59,287 bases of DNA from an uncultured Gemmatimonadota bacterium (GTDB lineage Bacteria; Gemmatimonadota; Gemmatimonadetes; Palauibacterales; Palauibacteraceae): positions 31,657 through 90,943 of the forward strand of contig CAZSKS010000002.1 in assembly GCA_964607465.1 (NCBI GenBank), given 5' to 3'. Below the pieces are notes generated by a model. It saw only the letters and a list, made by a program, of their open reading frames with translations, searched no databases and was not told the DNA's origin. A program made the position numbers and the translations under genes. Below are positions 56,655-59,287 of the stretch, in pieces; the stretch's first letter is position 1; every line of letters begins with the position of its first letter.

Positions 56655-57501
56655 CGCCGGCGGGCCGTCCCGCGGCGAGCGGCCGCCTCCCGGGCGGCTC
56701 CACGATCGTCACGAGGGCCCGGTGGCGGTCTTCGGCGGCGTCTACAGCAATCACCTGGCGCTGGAGGCGGTGCTCCGGGACGCCCGGGAGCGGGGCGCGG
56801 AGGCCTTCTACTGCCTGGGCGACCTGGGGGCGTTCGGGCCCAGCCCGGACCGGGTCCCTCCGATCCTGCGCGACGCCGGCGCCACGGTGATCCGGGGCAA
56901 CTACGACGACTCGCTGGCCCGGGGGCTGGAGGACTGCCAGTGCGGCTACACCGATCCCCGGGACAACCGCTTCGCCCGTCTGTCCTACCGCTACACCTTC
57001 CGGGAGACCTCCGGGCGGTGGAAGAAGTGGATGGGGACGCTGCCCGAGTCGCTCCGGATCCGGCTGGGCGACCGGGAGGTGCTGATGTGCCACGGCAGCC
57101 CGCGGCGGATGAACGAATTCCTGTGGGAATCGACGACCTCGACCGACTTCCTGGCCCACCTGGTCGAGGCGCACGGGGCGGACGCGATCCTGGCCACGCA
57201 CACCGGCCTGCACTGGAGCCGCGAGCTGCCGGGAGGTCGTCTCTTCGCCAACGTCGGGTGCATCGGCCGTCCCGCCAACGACGGGCGCACGGATGTCTGG
57301 TACGCCCTCCTGCGGCCGGGATCGGAGGGCGAGGCTCCCGACGTGGAGTTCGTGCCGGTGGCCTACGATCACGAGGCCCTGGCCGAGGAGATGCGGGCCG
57401 AGGGGCTGCCGGAGGCGTTCGTGGAGACCATCCTCACCGGCTGGTGGACCACCTGCCTGGAGGTGCTGCCCGCGGCCGAACGGCGTCGGGGACGGCACTG
57501 A
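56644..57501 (+). CDS. Calcineurin-like metallophosphoesterase
   Basis: CLGDL, RGNYD, CHGSP, HTG, NVG; overlaps the radical SAM stop. Confidence 0.85.
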   Translation: MPPDAGGPSRGERPPPGRLHDRHEGPVAVFGGVYSNHLALEAVLRDARERGAEAFYCLGDLGAFGPSPDRVPPILRDAGATVIRGNYDDSLARGLEDCQCGYTDPRDNRFARLSYRYTFRETSGRWKKWMGTLPESLRIRLGDREVLMCHGSPRRMNEFLWESTTSTDFLAHLVEAHGADAILATHTGLHWSRELPGGRLFANVGCIGRPANDGRTDVWYALLRPGSEGEAPDVEFVPVAYDHEALAEEMRAEGLPEAFVETILTGWWTTCLEVLPAAERRRGRH

Positions 57502-57586
57502 CGGCCCGCGCCGCGCGGCGAGGGTCCGGAGCGCGGAGCCCGGACCCGCCTGCTCCTTCCCGCGGATCGTCGCGCGCCGGGCCGCG

Positions 57587-57615
57587 TTGACGCGGATAAT
57601 CGGCCCGCCTAGCTT
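57587..57615 (+). promoter_or_regulatory. Promoter for the sigma factor gene
   Basis: TTGACG-N17-TAGCTT. Confidence 0.55.
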
Positions 57616-57706
57616 GCTGCGTCCGGCGGCACCGCCGCCCGGCCCCGGCCCGCCGTAGCCGGGGAGCCGGGCCCTGGATCGTGCACCGCTTCGTCCGGAT
57701 CCATCC

Positions 57707-58585
57707 ATGACGCCCACGGGCCGGCTCACCAACGGTGCCAGTTCCGCTTCCGGCGGCACCGCGGCGTCCAACGCCCTCGACCTCTACCTGGACGAGCTGG
57801 GCCGCCATCCCCTGCTGGACCCGGAGGAGGAGGAGCGGATCGCCCGCCGGGCCCGCGCGGGCGACGACGAGGCGTTCCAGCAGCTGATCCGGTCGAACCT
57901 CCGCTTCGTGGTCTCGGTGGCCAAGCGCTACCAGAACCGGGGGATGTCCTTCGCCGACCTGGTGCAGGAGGGCAACGTCGGCCTGGTCACGGCGGCGCGG
58001 AAGTTCGACCCGGACCGCGGGGTGAAGTTCATCAGCTACGCGGTCTGGTGGATCCGACAGTCCATCCTGGCGGCCCTGGCCCGGCAGAGCCGGTCGGTCC
58101 GCCTGCCCCTGAACCGGGCCACCGAGTTGGGACGGGTCATGCGGACCCGGGAGGAGCTCCGGCAGGAGCTCCGTCGGGACCCCACGGCGGAGGAGATCGC
58201 CGAGGCCGCCGACCTGGACGCCTCCACCGTCGAGATGCTGCAGGCCATCAACGTGGCCGAGGTCCGCCTCGACGCCCCGGTGGGCGATTCCGACGACAAC
58301 CAGCTGGTGGACCGCTTCCTGGTGGACGACCAGGACCTGGAGGACGACCTGGAGGGGAAGATCGTCCGGGAGCACATCGCCGACGCCCTGGACGTGCTGA
58401 GGCCGCGCGACGCCCGGGTGGTACGTCTCTACTACGGCCTCCAGGGGGAGCAGGAGCACACCCTGGAGGAGATCGGCGAGATGCTGGGGGTGACCCGGGA
58501 GCGGATCCGTCAGCTCCGGGACCGCGCCCTCCGCGAGATGCGCGAGAGCGAGGCCGGCTCGGCGCTGAAGACCTTCGCGGCCTGA
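57707..58585 (+). CDS. RpoD/SigA-family sigma70 factor lacking region 1.1
   Basis: NLRFVVSVAKRY, DLVQEGNVGL, KFISYAVWWIRQ, TLEEIG..LGVTRERIRQ. Confidence 0.93.
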   Translation: MTPTGRLTNGASSASGGTAASNALDLYLDELGRHPLLDPEEEERIARRARAGDDEAFQQLIRSNLRFVVSVAKRYQNRGMSFADLVQEGNVGLVTAARKFDPDRGVKFISYAVWWIRQSILAALARQSRSVRLPLNRATELGRVMRTREELRQELRRDPTAEEIAEAADLDASTVEMLQAINVAEVRLDAPVGDSDDNQLVDRFLVDDQDLEDDLEGKIVREHIADALDVLRPRDARVVRLYYGLQGEQEHTLEEIGEMLGVTRERIRQLRDRALREMRESEAGSALKTFAA

Positions 58586-58670
58586 AGGCCCCGCGATCGG
58601 CCGGGCCCGGAGGCCGGCGGCCGGGTCCGGGCGGCCTGCGGCCCGGTCCGGGAGGTCGGCCGCGCCCCGG

Positions 58671-59287
58671 CTAGGGCGCGCCGGCCGCGGGCGGCGGGGG
58701 GGCGGGCACCACGGGACACTCCGTTCCGCCGGTCCACACGATCTCGCCCCCGCCCGCCGGATCGAGGCGGGCGGCCGCCAGCCGCTCCCCGTCGTCCTGC
58801 ACGCGCCGGAGCATCTCCAGGCGCCGCTCCCCGGCCGGGATCATGCCCAGGTGGACGAGGACGTCCTTCCCCCCGGTGCTGTCGTAGCGGGCGACGCGCT
58901 GCCACTCGGAGACGTAGCCGTCGGAGCGGTCGAAGCGGGCCAGGAAGAAGAGGGACACGGAGGAGCCGGCGGTGGAGGGGACGGGCGCCAGGGTGTCGGC
59001 GATGAGGTAGGTGGCGGCCATGCCCGCCGCCGTGTCCCCCGGGAAGGCGACGGGCTGCAGGTCGGCCTGCCGGGCCAGGAAGGCCCGCTCCACCCCGGCC
59101 TGCTGCAGCAGGCGCTCCGCCATGATGGGCCCGAAGGTCCGGAGACGGCTGGTCGAGATCGGCGCGGCGACGGCCTCCGGCGGGGGGGCGTCGTCCGACA
59201 GCCACGCGAAGGCCACGTCGGGGACCCCGACGCCGGGCCGCGTCAGCACGTGCCCGTCCGAGACGGGCGGGCAGGCGGCGTCGTCCG
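58671..59287 (-). CDS. Hypothetical protein, 3' part (probably starts outside the window)
   Basis: Open frame with protein-like composition ending convergently after the sigma gene. Confidence 0.55.
   Translation of the reverse strand, partial: DDAACPPVSDGHVLTRPGVGVPDVAFAWLSDDAPPPEAVAAPISTSRLRTFGPIMAERLLQQAGVERAFLARQADLQPVAFPGDTAAGMAATYLIADTLAPVPSTAGSSVSLFFLARFDRSDGYVSEWQRVARYDSTGGKDVLVHLGMIPAGERRLEMLRRVQDDGERLAAARLDPAGGGEIVWTGGTECPVVPAPPPPAAGAP

Overview
Very GC-rich bacterial chromosomal window spanning the replication origin; gene content and acidic proteins suggest a Gemmatimonadota-like organism (inference only). It holds a vapBC-type TA pair, a parA-parB-M23-bactofilin-antiporter operon with two parS-like repeats, yidC-yidD-rnpA-rpmH divergent from dnaA-oriC-dnaN, housekeeping genes (queD-like, ADP-forming acyl-CoA ligase, mutY, dapF, corA, gcvH/PA/PB, lipoate ligase), a peptide ABC transporter, exbB plus a TonB-dependent receptor, Slt, csp, polA, a histidine kinase, pckA, an HD protein, PP2C, a radical SAM/metallophosphoesterase pair and a sigma70 factor. 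No CRISPR array, rRNA, tRNA or IS element was seen. The two most notable unexplained items are (1) a ~300-nt heavily structured minus-strand non-coding RNA candidate with its own sigma70-type promoter, convergent on polA, and (2) a free-standing single-motif LAGLIDADG-like gene next to duplicated 33-bp parS-containing repeats, divergent from parA. All calls come from reading the sequence by eye; no database searches were run.
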